A stretch of 64,000 bases of DNA, from the NCBI GenBank assembly GCA_951406725.2, contig OX597820.1:88288001-88352000 (forward strand). The letters are read 5' to 3'. Below the pieces are notes generated by a model. That model searched no databases. It saw nothing but the letters and a program-made list of their open reading frames with translations, and was not told the DNA's origin. Position numbers and translations under genes: made by a program. The stretch's first letter is position 1, and every line of letters begins with the position of its first letter. This document shows, in pieces, positions 24,666 to 38,773 of the stretch. The DNA is from Octopus vulgaris (lineage: Eukaryota).

Positions 24666-26240
24666 TGCATAGACATATACCATTTTGGAATCAGGATGAT
24701 CTCACAACTAAAAATCTGCCCTTCATTTGGTTCTTGAACATCCAAGATTGGGATCTGATTTAAAAGCATTTGGATTGATATTTCTTGCAGGTAAAGCTTG
24801 GCTGATTCATGCTATCTTGGTTGGCGTTTGTCAGATGACATCAGAGGTCAAGGAAGAGATAAATGACGTTCGCCTCGTTGATTTCACGATAAGAACTTTG
24901 AGACAAATTGACCAACAGTTGGAATTGAAATTGGGACAGGAACAATAGAATGCTTGCATTACAGAATTAATTCTTATCCGTCCTCAACCTCTGATCAAAC
25001 ACCACCGGGGCATATAGTCATTATAGACATATTATCGTCATGCTATTAAGCTCTCTTTAGTTTTGGGCTGCAAGCCCGATTAGACCTCCGCAGGAACTAA
25101 CTGAAAAATCCGCACGGAGTGCAGCTTTTAAGCTAGCAAATAATAAAATCGTTTGTATGTTATGCCTTATCATTTATATCTTATTGGTTTTAGTCATCGT
25201 ACTGCAGTATTTAGGCATTTAAAAAAAAATTAGCACTCATTCTATCGATTTCTTTTGCCGAACCGCTAGATTACGAGGACATGCATAAAAAAAAAAACTG
25301 GTTGTCAAATAGTTGGGCTGAGTGGTGACGATCAAAGACACAGACATACACACACGACGCGATTCAACAAATTTTCCTTCAACAAAATTTCAGTCTAATT
25401 TACTTACAAAGAATTAGTCGGCCCGGGACTGTAGTAGAAGAACTCTTACTCAAAGTGATGGACTGAACCCGAAACAACATGGTTGCACGGCGAACTTCTT
25501 AACCACACAGCCATAGCTGTGCTTATGTCAGGTCATGGCGATGAAGAACAATAACGTAGAAATATGATTTCTTATTTTGGCAGAACATCAGAGATTTTAA
25601 TGGAAGGAGTGTGGTCTTTTAATCTTGCTTACTACTTGTCCTTCAGTTATTTTATCGATCTAAGAACAGTAGCAGCCAGAGTGCACCTCTTTGACAACTG
25701 AATTCGGAATGTAAAGAGAGGACAAAATCACTCATAAATATTTAGTTCCATAATTCTCCCATATTTTCTGCCATAAATGCTGGCAATACGACTTTCTACT
25801 CCAACCATATTTGTTGAAAGAGCACAGGGTTCATAATACAGGGTAGTGGAAACAGGGTACAGGGCAGAGTCGATTAAATCAACTCTGAATACGTTATTCT
25901 TTATAACTCATCTTTTACTTGTTCCAATCATCGGACTGCGGCCATGCTGATGCGCCGTCTTGAAGATTTAGTCAACAAAGCTAACCCTCTACTTATTCTA
26001 TGGGGCTCTTTCTACCGAACCACTAAGTTACGGGATATTAAACTCACCAACACCAGTTGCGAAGCAGTAGTGTAATCAAACACACACAAACACACACACA
26101 TACACACACACACGCACACACACACACACACACATGCACACACACATTGTTGAAAGCAGCTTGATTCGGATTCCGTGCTACTTTCAAACCCTTAACGAGA
26201 CTTTTACTTAGAGTGAAAAGCCCCGTTAGGGGCTTGAGAC

Positions 26241-26314
<74 letters not shown>

Positions 26315-26319
26315 GTTGT

Positions 26320-26376
<57 letters not shown>

Positions 26377-27555
26377 AGACAAGAACGCAAAATATCCAGA
26401 CAGTTAGGTGATATAAAAGAAGGACAACAAAACATCCAGATAGACAATACAAAGTAAACAAGGACGGGTCATTCGGAGTTTTCTTTCCTCAGTAAAGTTC
26501 CAGATTATCTTTGCAATTTCGGCTGGTTATACTCGAGATTGCTCCAATCTGGCCAGCCCCAAGGAAAAACTAAGCTAAGAGCATTAGATTCCTTGAAAGA
26601 AAGCAGCGAATGTATACAAAAACAAGGACGGAAAAAAACGGAGAATGTTACACAAATACAAATAACAGGACATAACAACAGGTGTCTTTCGACTAAGTAC
26701 GAATTAAATTAAGCTGGCGTGTGTGGAAATAAAGCCTTACGGCAGAGATACAAGATTTCACGGGCACAAGGAGGAATATAGATGTTGCACGGACGACGGC
26801 CGAACCAAGAAAGAAAGATCAGGCTTGGCCGAACACCGGTCACGTGGGGAAAGAAGAGAGAGGGGCAGAGGCAGAGGGACAGAAGAATTAATGGGGGGCG
26901 AGAAAAAATGACAGGGACACAGTGAAGTGAAAAGAGAAGGGAAAGTGAGTGAGAAGGCAGGGAAATGTGAGAGAGGGGAAACGAAAGAACGAAGAGTGGA
27001 ATGAACAAAATAAGCGTGAAAAGGCTGATGCCACGAACTTCCACACGATTTCCGTATACTAAATTCACTCACAAGGCTTTGGTCGACCCCAGGCTATAGT
27101 AGATGAGACTTTCCCCAAGGTGCCATGCACAGGGACTGAACTCCAAACCATGTTGTTGGGGAGCAAACTCCTTACCGCACAGCCACGCCAGCGCCTCAAA
27201 GGGAATTTATTTTATCGACTCAGGGAGGATGAAAAACAAATCAGTCTTGGTGAAGTTTTTAGCTCAGAATGTAAAACACTGTAAGTAGACACCATAAAGT
27301 TATTTAGATCGGTACTTTTGTGGTTTGTGCTGAATCAATCACCATATTGCTGAAGAAAATAAGAATATGATATAGTTAGTTGTTGCTTGTTTGAAAGGAA
27401 TGAAATGTGTTACTAAATTGGATAACGAAAACCCACGATATGCTAATGTTTTAATATCACAGGCAGAAAGAGTAGCATTATAGCAGAGAGATATAACCAT
27501 CTGGTTATAGCAAAGAATGCCAAAACAATTGTAAAACTATGTAAAAAATGATAAA

Positions 27556-27630
<75 letters not shown>

Positions 27631-27743
27631 TGATGCAAAGCTGTTTAATATTGCTTTTATTAATGGCTCTCGTATAACCGATGTATTTGATTATTACACA
27701 CACACACAGACACACACATATTTGTACGTGTGGGATTCCGTTG

Positions 27744-27774
<31 letters not shown>

Positions 27775-27851
27775 TGTATGTATGTATGCACGTACGTACG
27801 TATATATAAATATATATATATATGTGTGTGTGTGTGTGCCTGTATATATAT

Positions 27852-27909
<58 letters not shown>

Positions 27910-28551
27910 GGTGTGTGTCTAGATCTATGTGCATATATTAATGCGAGCATAATTGTCTGGGAGTTAGTTTAACAGATGTAACGGCAATACATATATATGT
28001 GTAAGTATGTAAATATACGTGTATATATATGTGTGCGTGCATGTGTGTGTGCGTACATGCGTATGTGTGCGTGCATGTGTGCGTGTGTGTGTATGCGTGC
28101 GTGCGTATGTGTGCGTGCATGTGTGAGCGTGTGTGCGCGCGTAAGCCAGATTCCAGGCTGTAGTCTGGAAGAAATCCAAATGATCCCACCTCTCCTTGTT
28201 ATTCTACATTGGACAGAGGAACGGATGGAGGTATAGCGGGTCTGTCGGACGGTCGGTCGGTCGGTTGGTGGCTCGGACCAGCTGCCAAACATACAATATC
28301 AGCCGAACGTTCGTATAGCTCTACAAATTCTTTGATGTAAATAAACAACAGCAGCAGCAACAACAACAACAAATACAGTGTTATATACACAGGCAGAACA
28401 AACACTTATACACATCGAGGCATGAACATCCGATAAGAAAGAGTATAGAGACGATGCAATCTTTAGTATCTAAATTGGATTAAGATGATGAAAATAGCCG
28501 GAACAGTGAAGAGATGGTTAAATTCATTCATTATTATTATTATTATTATTA

Positions 28552-28630
<79 letters not shown>

Positions 28631-28642
28631 GTTGTTGTTGTT

Positions 28643-28845
28643 AAGGCGCCGAGCTGGCAGAATCGTTAGCGCGCTGGACGAAATACTTAGCGGGCCCGTC
28701 GTTACTTTCTGAGTTCAAATTCCGCCGAGGTCGACTTTGTCTTTCATCCTTTCGCGAACGATAAATTAAGTAATTACCAGTTAAACATTGGTAATTAATT
28801 TAATCGACTCATCCCCTACTTCAAAATGGCTGCCCTTGTGGCAAA

Positions 28846-28847
<2 letters not shown>
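28643..28847 (+). mobile_element. SINE family A between (TAT)n arrays
   Basis: Family head and core; counterpart at ~39548-39740. Confidence 0.8.
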
Positions 28848-28892
<45 letters not shown>

Positions 28893-28912
28893 CATCATCA
28901 TCATCATCATCA

Positions 28913-29014
<102 letters not shown>

Positions 29015-29015
29015 C

Positions 29016-29074
<59 letters not shown>

Positions 29075-29075
<1 letters not shown>

Positions 29076-29310
29076 GGCAGCGAACTGGCAGAATCGTTAG
29101 CACACCGGGCGAAATGCTTAGCGGTATGTCGTCCGTCTCTAAAACGTCTGAGTTCAAATTCTGCTGAGGTTGACTCTGCCTTTCACCTTTTCGTGATCGA
29201 TAAATTGATTACCAGTGAAACACTGGTAATTAATTTAATCGACTCATTCCTTCCCCCCAAATTGCTGTTCTTGTGGAAAACGGTTGGCCTTGTGCCAAAG
29301 TTTGAAACTA
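29075..29310 (+). mobile_element. SINE family A
   Basis: Family head and core; counterpart at ~40936-41170. Confidence 0.8.
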
Positions 29311-29756
29311 TTATTCTTCGCACAAATTGTTGTCTGTGTTGTGATGCTCCGCCCTTATGTACTTTTCACCCTTTCGGGGTCTATAAAGTAAACCTGTCAT
29401 GAGATTGTGTGCATGTGTATATGTGTCTGTATTTGTGTATATGTGTGTGTGCATATGTGTGTGTTTTTGCGTATGTATGTGCATGTGTGTGTATGTGTGT
29501 ATATGTGTGCGTATATGTATGTGTGTCGAGTGGATGCGGTGGAAGTGAGGAGATGCAGGGATGTGGGTATGAAGTTTTCTCAGTTCAATTTCTACAGTAA
29601 CCGACTTTATTGTTATTCTTCTATGGTCAACAGTATATATCTATATTTAATTATATATCATTAGTGTGAGTTTAGAGGGATATATTATTCCGGGTAGATA
29701 CCGTGGTAGCTCTCAGTTATGTTCCAGGCTACGGCTAATCGCATCGATTAGTATTT

Positions 29757-30018
29757 GTGGAGGCACATGGCCTAGTGGTTAGAGCAGCGGACTCGCGGTC
29801 GAGGGATCGCGGGTTCGAATCTCAGACCGGGCGATGTGTGTGTTTATGAGCGAAACACCTAAGCTCCACGCGGCTCCGGCCGAAGGTAATGCCGAACATC
29901 TGCTGACTCTCTCGCCACAACTTACTCTCACTCTTTCCTCCAGCATCTTGCAGCTCACCTGCGACGGACCGGGAAACCGGCCTTATGAGCTAGGCATGGC
30001 TCGAGAAGGAACAAACAA
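29757..30018 (+). mobile_element. SINE family C (tRNA-derived head) with 15-bp TSD
   Basis: Head TGGCCTAGTGGTTAGAGCAGCGGACTCGCGG...GGTTCGAATC; TSD CATCGATTAGTATTT (perfect in the counterpart at 42010-42271). Confidence 0.88.
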
Positions 30019-30361
30019 CATCGAATAGTATTTATAGTTTATGACTACTAGGAGTTGTCACTCCCGCTGTAAATTCCTCCGCTGAGTAATTCCGTGTACG
30101 CTTCACTGGGTGGTAGTATTATATGGAGTGCATATTAGCAATAGCTATAACGATAGTTCATTTTGATCCAAGCTGGTTGAAAGACCCTGAATGAAGCTGC
30201 ACAGGGTTTATGCCTAGTTTCATATGCAACTGCACATTCTCCCTCCAGTAGAAACACGTGTGGGTCGTTGTAACCATAAAAATATGCTGTATGACACTGT
30301 AAAATAAATGAAAATGAATTTTGAGGATGTACCAGTCTCCATATTTTCTATTGTTATAACT

Positions 30362-30515
30362 ATTTGGGTGTGTGGTAATTAGCTTGCTTACCAACCACAT
30401 GGTTCTGGGTTCAGTCCCACTGCATGACACCTTGGGAAAGTGTCTTCTGCTATAGCCTCGGGCCGACCAAAACTTGTGAGTGGATTTGGTAGACAGAAAC
30501 TGAAAGAAGCCCGTC

Positions 30516-30570
<55 letters not shown>

Positions 30571-30786
30571 GTTTGTGTGTCTGTGTTTGTCCCCCCAGCA
30601 CCATCGCTTGACAACCGATGCTGGTATGTTTACGTCCCCGTAACTTAGCGGATCGGCAAAAGTGAGCGATAGAATAATTACTAGACTTACAAAGTTTTAG
30701 TTCTGGGGTCGATTTGTTCGACTAAAGGCGTTGCTCCAGCATGGTCGCAGTCAAATGACTGAAGCAAATAAAAGAGTAAAAGAGTA
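30362..30786 (+). mobile_element. SINE family B
   Basis: Head, core, internal (TA)n and tail; counterpart at ~42619-43012. Confidence 0.85.
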
Positions 30787-31046
30787 AATATGTATTTATT
30801 ACATTTTGACTACTGAAATGATTAGAGGCGACAGAATCAATTAATTACTGCCTTTAAAAACAAACCTCATTATCATAGGCATACTTAGAACAGAGGCCCT
30901 GTATTTAGGTTCAGCTCATTTTAACGAGAAGTCCCTTGTTCATTTAATGTCATCAGTGGTGCATTACCATCCGTCACCGTTTTAACAGATAAGTCCGTCT
31001 ACCTCAAAGAGAAAAACGCAAGTCAGTTTGTTGGTATCATTCATCA

Positions 31047-31431
31047 GGAGGTGCAATGGCCCGGTGGTTAGGGCAGCGGACTCGCGGTCATAGGATCGCG
31101 GTTTCGATTCCCAGACCGGGCGTTGTGAGTGTTTATTGAGCGAAAACACCTAAAGCTCCACGAGGCTCCGGCAGGGGATGGTGGTGATCCCTGCTGTACT
31201 CTTTCACCACAACTTTCTCTCACTCTTACTTCCTGTTTCTGTTGTACCTGTATTTCAAAGGGCCGGCCTTGTCACTCTCTGTGTCACGCTGAATATCCCT
31301 GAGAACTACGTTAAGGGTACACATGTCTGTGGAGTGCTCAGCCACTTACACGTGAATTTCACGAGCAGGCTGTTCCGTTGATTCGGATCAACCGGAACCC
31401 TCGTCATCGTAACCGACGGAGTGCTTCCATC
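31047..31431 (+). mobile_element. SINE family C, long-tail variant
   Basis: tRNA-like head; tail GGAACCCTCGTC.TCGTAACCGACGGAGTGC; TSD ATCATTCATCA; counterpart at 43271-43655. Confidence 0.88.
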
Positions 31432-31828
31432 CATCATTCATCACCATAAGTAGTGAGAGCATAATGAAATTGACGAGTGATTCATTGGGTTGTGGAAAGG
31501 TTAACAAAAGTGAATGGAGTCATTTTAATCTTTTAGTAATCAAGCACGAGCGACGGCAAATTTACATGATGAGGCGAAATGAGGCTGGAATAATGTTAAG
31601 ACCTGTCAGGAATTTTTTTTTTCTTTTGCCTGTGCTTCTAAAATAGGTAAAAATAATACTAGTATTTTCTCACTAATTAACTGTCTCCAATTAGATATAC
31701 GATACTCATTACGCTACATTACATTGCATACGTCATCAACTGTTATATTGTTTTACATTTGGATAATGGTCTCTGAATAATTAACCCAAGTAATTGCTTT
31801 TTTTTTTTAGTATTTAGCCAACGCAGTA

Positions 31829-32132
31829 CATGAGTATGTGTGTGTGTGCGTGCATGAGTATGTGTGTGTGTGTGTGTGCATGAGTATGTGTGTGTGTGTG
31901 TGCGTGTGTGCGTGCATGAGTATGTGTGTGTGTGTGTGTGTGTGTGCATGAGTATGTGTGTGTGTGTGTGCATGAGTATGTGTGTGTGCGTGCATGAGTA
32001 TGTGTGTGTGTGTGTGTGTGCATGAGTATGTGTGTGTGTGTGTGCGTGCATGAGTATGTGTGTGTGTGTGCGTGCATGAGTATGTGTGTGTGTGTGTGTG
32101 TGCATGAGTATGTGTGTGTGTGTGTGTGTGTG
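31829..32132. repeat. Compound minisatellite GCATGAGTA(TG)n
   Basis: About a dozen units with variable TG length; counterpart at ~44050-44360. Confidence 0.9.
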
Positions 32133-32429
32133 TAGTTGTGTGCGTAGGTGGGGGTTTATGTTTGTGTGAGCGTGTTTATGTGTTAATTATCTAATCGCTG
32201 TCAGTTTGAACGTAATATCTGAACAGCAGGTGTCATGTATCTGATATGATTCCATTGTTCTGTCACCACCTTCTTTAACACCTGGGCTGATGGCACAGAA
32301 TTCGGGGGTTTGTTTAATACATACATTCTTACATACTTACATATTGGCATATTCATGCATATACACGTACATACGCGCGCACGCACGCACAAAAACACGT
32401 TAAACTATGCGTGATATATTTTTGTCAAG

Positions 32430-32478
<49 letters not shown>

Positions 32479-32539
32479 TGTGTGTATGTGTGTGTGTGTG
32501 TGTATGTGTGTGTGTATGTGTGTGTGTGTGTGTGTGTGT

Positions 32540-32838
32540 ATACTGAGTATTCGGCTCACGGTCGTATGTTCGTGAGTTCAATTCCCGGCAACGCGTTGTG
32601 TCCTTGAGCAAGTCACTTTATTTCACGTTGCTCCAGTCCACTCAGCTGGCAAAAATGGGTAGTACCTGTATTTCAAAGGGCCAACCTTGTGACACTCTAT
32701 GTCACGCAGAATCTCCATGAGAACTACGTGAAGGATACACGTGTCTGTGGAGTTCTCAGCCACTCGAACGTTAATTTCATGAGCTGTTCCTTTGATCGGA
32801 TCTATTGGAACCCTCGCCGTCGTAACCGACGGAGTGCC
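32540..32838 (+). mobile_element. Chimeric SINE: family D head/core plus family C long tail
   Basis: CORE-like segment followed by TACCTGTATTTCAAAGGGCC...GTAACCGACGGAGTGC, shared with 31047-31431. Confidence 0.75.
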
Positions 32839-32860
32839 AATATATATATATATATATATA

Positions 32861-33035
32861 TTCCTCCGTCTTCCCTTCTCTGGATCTTTCCTTTTCCCAT
32901 GTTTCTGACGAAGAGCTCCGCTCGAAACGTAAAACCCTCCTTCTTCCCTTCCTTCCTGAGCGTCCAATAATACTATATTTGTTCCACGTCCACGCGTTGT
33001 TGTGTTTTCTCTTTGTGTTTTCATGTTTGGATTAA

Positions 33036-33037
<2 letters not shown>
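32861..33037 (+). mobile_element. Family H1 hammerhead-bearing element (motif at 32901-32935)
   Basis: GTTT-CTGACGA-A-GAGCTCCGCTC-GAAACGT-A-AAAC; (TA)n flanks. Confidence 0.75.
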
Positions 33038-33109
<72 letters not shown>

Positions 33110-33341
33110 CTGTGGGAATATGAACTTCGCTTTGCAATCTCAAGATTTCATGTCTTTCAACATGGTACCCTTTTTTTTTATCCAACTGCTTCAGTCAAGG
33201 TTGATCAAGTTCCAGCTTGCATTCCAGCAACAACAGGGCACAAGTCTTTTTCCCACCCCATCCGAATCTCTATTGCTGTGGTCTCTGATGCCTCTGTGAT
33301 GAAACTTATGTTCCCACTCAGTCTTAAATACATAGGTACAT

Positions 33342-33552
<211 letters not shown>

Positions 33553-33774
33553 TAACATAAACACCAGACAGCAATGTTTCACCAATATGAGAATTATAAT
33601 TGTCACTAAATGCGACTAGGATGTTAAGAAAAACCTACATTGCTAGAAATACGAGATTAAAATGGTCTAACGCTGTAGTTAACGCACATGAACAAAAACA
33701 TATACATTAACAGGGCCCTGAATCATCTGAAAAATGCCGATCAGGAATCATATATATATATATTCATAAACCTA

Positions 33775-33812
<38 letters not shown>

Positions 33813-33824
<12 letters not shown>

Positions 33825-34007
33825 ATTCGAGACAAAACCACTATTTTAAAACCAAACAAGAAAAGACTTAATCAATACATAAAATTTTAATATAAATTAA
33901 ATAAACCGCCACAACAATTGTTTCATTTATATTAAAATTTTATGTATTGATTAAGTCTTTTCTTGTTTGGTTTTAAAATAGTGGTTTTGTCTCGAATTAT
34001 ATTATAT
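33813..34007. repeat. Foldback inverted repeat between (TA)n arrays
   Basis: About 80-bp near-perfect arms (ATTCGAGACAAAACCACTATTTT.../...AAAATAGTGGTTTTGTCTCGAAT); counterpart at 46052-46224. Confidence 0.9.
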
Positions 34008-34082
34008 AATATTTTTCTATAAAATTGGATTTAACCCTAAATCTGAGTTTTCCCTGTAATTTTGGATTCATTCCCTAATATT

Positions 34083-34149
<67 letters not shown>

Positions 34150-34786
34150 TATATATATACATACATACGTGTCCGTGTATATGCATGTATATGTATGTGT
34201 GTTTGTCTGTCTGTATGTATGTATGTATGTTTACACTACAATTTACACTTCTTGCCAAAGATATTTCATGTGCGGAAGAAAAATCTTATGAAATTATTAT
34301 TAGTGAAATAGGTCAGTCACTTTGTAGAAGTCTGAAGTAGATAACATTTCCTTTCACTTATCTATTTATCTATTTCTTTCTTTCATTCCTTCCTTCCTTC
34401 CTTCTTTCCTTCTTATCTATTTTTTTTTTTTATCTGTCTATTTATTTAATTATTTATTTACCTTAGCTCTTTTATTGTTGCAGTTGTGTTTTGGCTTTGT
34501 AGTGTTTCTGGGTTGTTGCTTTTCGTCAACTGAAATATACTTAATTTATAAATAAACAGATCAAAATAAACTGAAAGATTTCGGGGGGGGGGGGAAAAAC
34601 AAAGATCAGATGTAAACAATCAGTGAAGCAATTATTTTTATTATTATTCTGATGATGTTGTTGTGGTTGTTGTTGGTGTTGTTGTTAAGAGGAAACAGTG
34701 AAGTTAATATGAGATTCTAACATCTGCCAGCTATTATAGATAACAATATATATATATATATATAAATGCAGATGTATATATATATG

Positions 34787-34819
<33 letters not shown>

Positions 34820-34823
34820 ATGC

Positions 34824-34854
<31 letters not shown>

Positions 34855-35197
34855 TACAGACATTCATACATATTTGTGTGCGTACAAGTATATATATATA
34901 TATACATACATATATATATACATACATATATATATACATACATACATACATACATACATACATAATACATATATACATGCATACATATGCATACACACGC
35001 ACACACACGCATACACACACACACTCACACATATACACGTGTACGCTCACACACATACATATATACAAATATATAGGAAGAAATATGCTCTGGTCAAATC
35101 TGAGGACTGAAGAGCAATGGGTTCTGCCAAGACTTGAAATATCCAAAAATACACTGGATATCGTGACGGTGTTCCTACGAATGCACGAAGACATGCA

Positions 35198-35257
<60 letters not shown>

Positions 35258-35262
<5 letters not shown>

Positions 35263-35466
35263 ATCCAAACAAGAAAGCACAAAAAAACACAACAACGCGA
35301 GGGCGTGGAACAAATATAGTATTATTGGACGCTCAGGAAAGAAGGAGAGAAGGAGGGTTTAACGTTTCGAGCGGAGCTCTTCGTCGGAAACATAGGAGAA
35401 GGAAAGATCCAGAGAAGGGAAGACAGAGGAAAAAAAATCGCCAACGGTACACACGAGGTCACATTT
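35258..35466 (-). mobile_element. Family H1 hammerhead-bearing element, present only in copy A
   Basis: Reverse complement of 9576-9784; motif at 35357-35391 with CCGACGA core; (TA)n flanks. Confidence 0.78.
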
Positions 35467-35575
35467 ATATATATATGTGTGTGGGGGATGTTTGTGTTCG
35501 CGCGTGTGTGTGTGTGTATGTGTACACATATGCATGTACATATACATATATACACACATATGCATATATACATAT

Positions 35576-35896
35576 ATATCACAAGCTCCCATTTCTTATC
35601 TCTGTACACCCATACCCTTCCATGCACGCATACACCACTCCGCTTCTACTTCACTTGCTAACTCCCCACTGGAACTGCATTCACACAAGACGTCTAACCT
35701 CTTTCTCCTTATTCCGAACCATATTTCTCAATCTTTTTTTCTTTTCCAGATCACATTTCTAATTGTTTTATTTTCTTGATGATGGATTAATGTCCGAAAC
35801 ATCAAGACTCTTTCTCTTCTTTTTAAGCGTTAACTTAATTACATCTTTTAAAACTTGTCCTTCCTGTGTTTTCTTCCTTTTGTATACATTATTTAA

Positions 35897-35897
<1 letters not shown>
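35576..35897 (+). mobile_element. Microsatellite-flanked element with degenerate hammerhead motif (family H2)
   Basis: TTGATGA-T-GGA..TCC-GAAAC-ATC here; CTGATGA-T-GGAC-TAGT-GTCC-GGAAC-ATC in the counterpart at 48061-48096. Confidence 0.5.
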
Positions 35898-35966
<69 letters not shown>

Positions 35967-36175
35967 GCATGTATTTGTGTATCCTTTTGTGCGTTAAGGT
36001 AAAAATTCACATTTCGATATAGATTTCTAAAATAAGTTCCAAACTAAAATAATTATCTTAATTTATATAACAGCCAAAAGCTTTTCAAATTCTGCTCCAG
36101 CGTGACTGCAGTCTATCGACTGCCGTCTCTAAAAGAATAGAGTTTCATATGTGCGTGCGTGTGCATGTGTGCGTA

Positions 36176-36275
36176 NNNNNNNNNNNNNNNNNNNNNNNNN
36201 NNNNNNNNNNNNNNNNNNNNNNNNNNNNNNNNNNNNNNNNNNNNNNNNNNNNNNNNNNNNNNNNNNNNNNNNNNN
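36176..36275. other. Assembly gap (100 N)
   Basis: Run of 100 N. Confidence 0.99.
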
Positions 36276-38432
36276 CATATAGTCATTATATACATATTAT
36301 CGTCATGCTATTAAGCTCTCATTAGTTTTGGGCTGCAAGCCCGATCAGACCTTCGCAGAAACTAACTGAAAAATCCGCACGGAGTGCAGCTTTTAAGCTA
36401 GCAAATAATAAAATCGTTTGTATGTTATGCCTTATCATTTATATCTTATTGGTTTTAGTCATTGTACTGCAGCCACGCTGGCCCACCACCTTGAACAGTT
36501 TTAGTGGAGCAAATCGATCGCTGTATTAAGGCATTCAAAAAAAAAATTTAGTTCTTATTCTATCGGTCTCTTTTGCCGAACCGCTAGATTACGAGGACAT
36601 GCATAAAAAAAAAACACTGGTTGTCAAATAGTTGGGCTGAGTGGTGAAGATCAAAGACACAGACATACACACACGACGCGATTCAACAAATTTTCCTTCA
36701 ACAAAATTTCAGTCTAATTTACTCACAAAGAATTAGTCGGCCCGGGACTGTAGTAGAAGAACTCTTACTCAAAGTGATGGACTGAACCCGAAACAACATG
36801 GCTGCACGGCGAACTTCTTAACCACACATCCATAGCTGTGCTTATGTCAGGTCATAGCGATGAAGAACAATAACGTAGAAATATGATTTCTTATTTTGGC
36901 AGGACATCAGAGATTTTAATGGAAGGAATGTGGTCTTTTAATCTTGCTTACTACTTGTTCAAAGAGTGCACCTCTTTGACAACTGAATTCGGAATGTAAA
37001 GAAAGGACAAAACCACTCATAAATATTTAGTTCCATGATTCTCCCATATTTTCTGCCATAAATGCTGGAAATACGGATTTCTACCCCAACCATATTTGTT
37101 GGAAGGGTACAGGGTACAGAATACAGGTTAGTGGCAACAGAGTACAGGGTAGAGTTGATTAAATCAACTCTAAATACGTTATTCTTTATAACTCCTCTTT
37201 TACTTGTTCCAATCATTGGACTGCGGCCATGCTGGTGCGCCGTCTTGAAGATTTAGTTAACAAAGCAAACGCAAAACATCTGGACAGCTAGGCGATACAA
37301 AAAAGGAACAACAAAACATTCAGATAGACGATACAAAGTAAACAAGGACGGGTCATTCAGAGTTTTCCTTCCTCAGTCGAGTTCCAGATTATCTTTGCAA
37401 TTTCCGCTAGTTATACACGAGATTGCTCCAATCTGGCCAGCCCCAAGGAAAAACTAAGCTAAGAGCATTAGATTCCTTGGAAGAAAGCTGCGAATACAAA
37501 AACAAGGACGAAAAAAAAAACAGAGAATGTTGCACAAATACGAATAAGAGTACATAACAACAGGTGTCTTTCGACTAAGTACGAATTAAATTAAACTGGC
37601 GTGTGTGGAAATAAAGCCTTACGGCAGAGATACAAGATTTCACGGGCACAGGGAGGAATATAGATGTTGCACTGACGACAGCCGAACCAAGAAAGAAAGA
37701 TCAGGCTTGGCCGAACACCGGTCACGTGGGGAAAGAAGAGAGAGGGGTAGAGGCAGAGGGACAGAAGAATTACGGAGGGGCGAGAAAAAATGACAGGGAC
37801 ACAGTGAAGTGAAAAGAGGAGGGAAATGTGAGTGAGAAGGCAGGGAAATGTGAGAGAGGGGAAACGAAAGAACGAAGAGTGGAATTAATGAAATAAGCGT
37901 AAAAAGGCTGATGCCACGAACTTCCATACGATTTCCGTATACTAAATTCACTCACAAGGTATTGGTCGACCCCAGGCTATAGTAGATGACACTTTCCCCA
38001 AGGTGCCATGCACAGGGACTGAACTCCAAACCATGTTGTTGGGGAGCAAACTCCTTACCGCACAGCAACGCCAGTGACTCAAAGGGAATTTATTTTATCG
38101 ACTCAGGAAAGATGAAAAACAAATCAGTCTTGGTGAAGTTTTAAGCTCAGAATGTAAAACACTGTAAGTAAATACCATAAAGTTATTTAGATCGGTACTT
38201 TTGTGGTTTGTGCTGAATCAATCACCATATTGCTGAAGAAAATAAGAATATGATATAGTTAGTTGTTGCTTGTGTGAAAGGAATGAAATGTGTTACTAAA
38301 TTGGATAACGAAAACCCACGATATGCTAATGTTTTAATATCACAGGCAGATAGAGTAGCATTATAGCAGAGAGATATAACCATCTGGTTACAGCAAAGAA
38401 TGCCAAAACAATTGTAAAACTATGTAAAAATG

Positions 38433-38497
<65 letters not shown>

Positions 38498-38596
38498 TGA
38501 TGCAAAGCTGTTTAATATTGCTTTTATTAATGGCTCTCGTATAACCGATGTATTTGATTCTTACACACACATATTTGTACGTGTGGGATTCCGTTG

Positions 38597-38627
<31 letters not shown>

Positions 38628-38707
38628 TGTATGTATGTATGTATGTATGTATGTACGTACGTACGTATATATATATATATGTGTGTGTGCCTGTATATAT
38701 ATGTATG

Positions 38708-38773
<66 letters not shown>

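Noticed and set aside
24682-24950. ORF 24727-24948 and nearby frames
   Set aside because: No recognisable domain; probably decayed TE sequence
29757-29835. tRNA-like sequence (also at 6668, 31047, 42010, 43271, 53080, 60120, 61570)
   Set aside because: SINE heads continuing into SINE bodies, several with TSDs; no proper acceptor stem or terminator, so not tRNA genes
31829-32132. CRISPR-like repeat/spacer appearance
   Set aside because: The spacers are just TG runs, the context is eukaryotic and there are no cas genes
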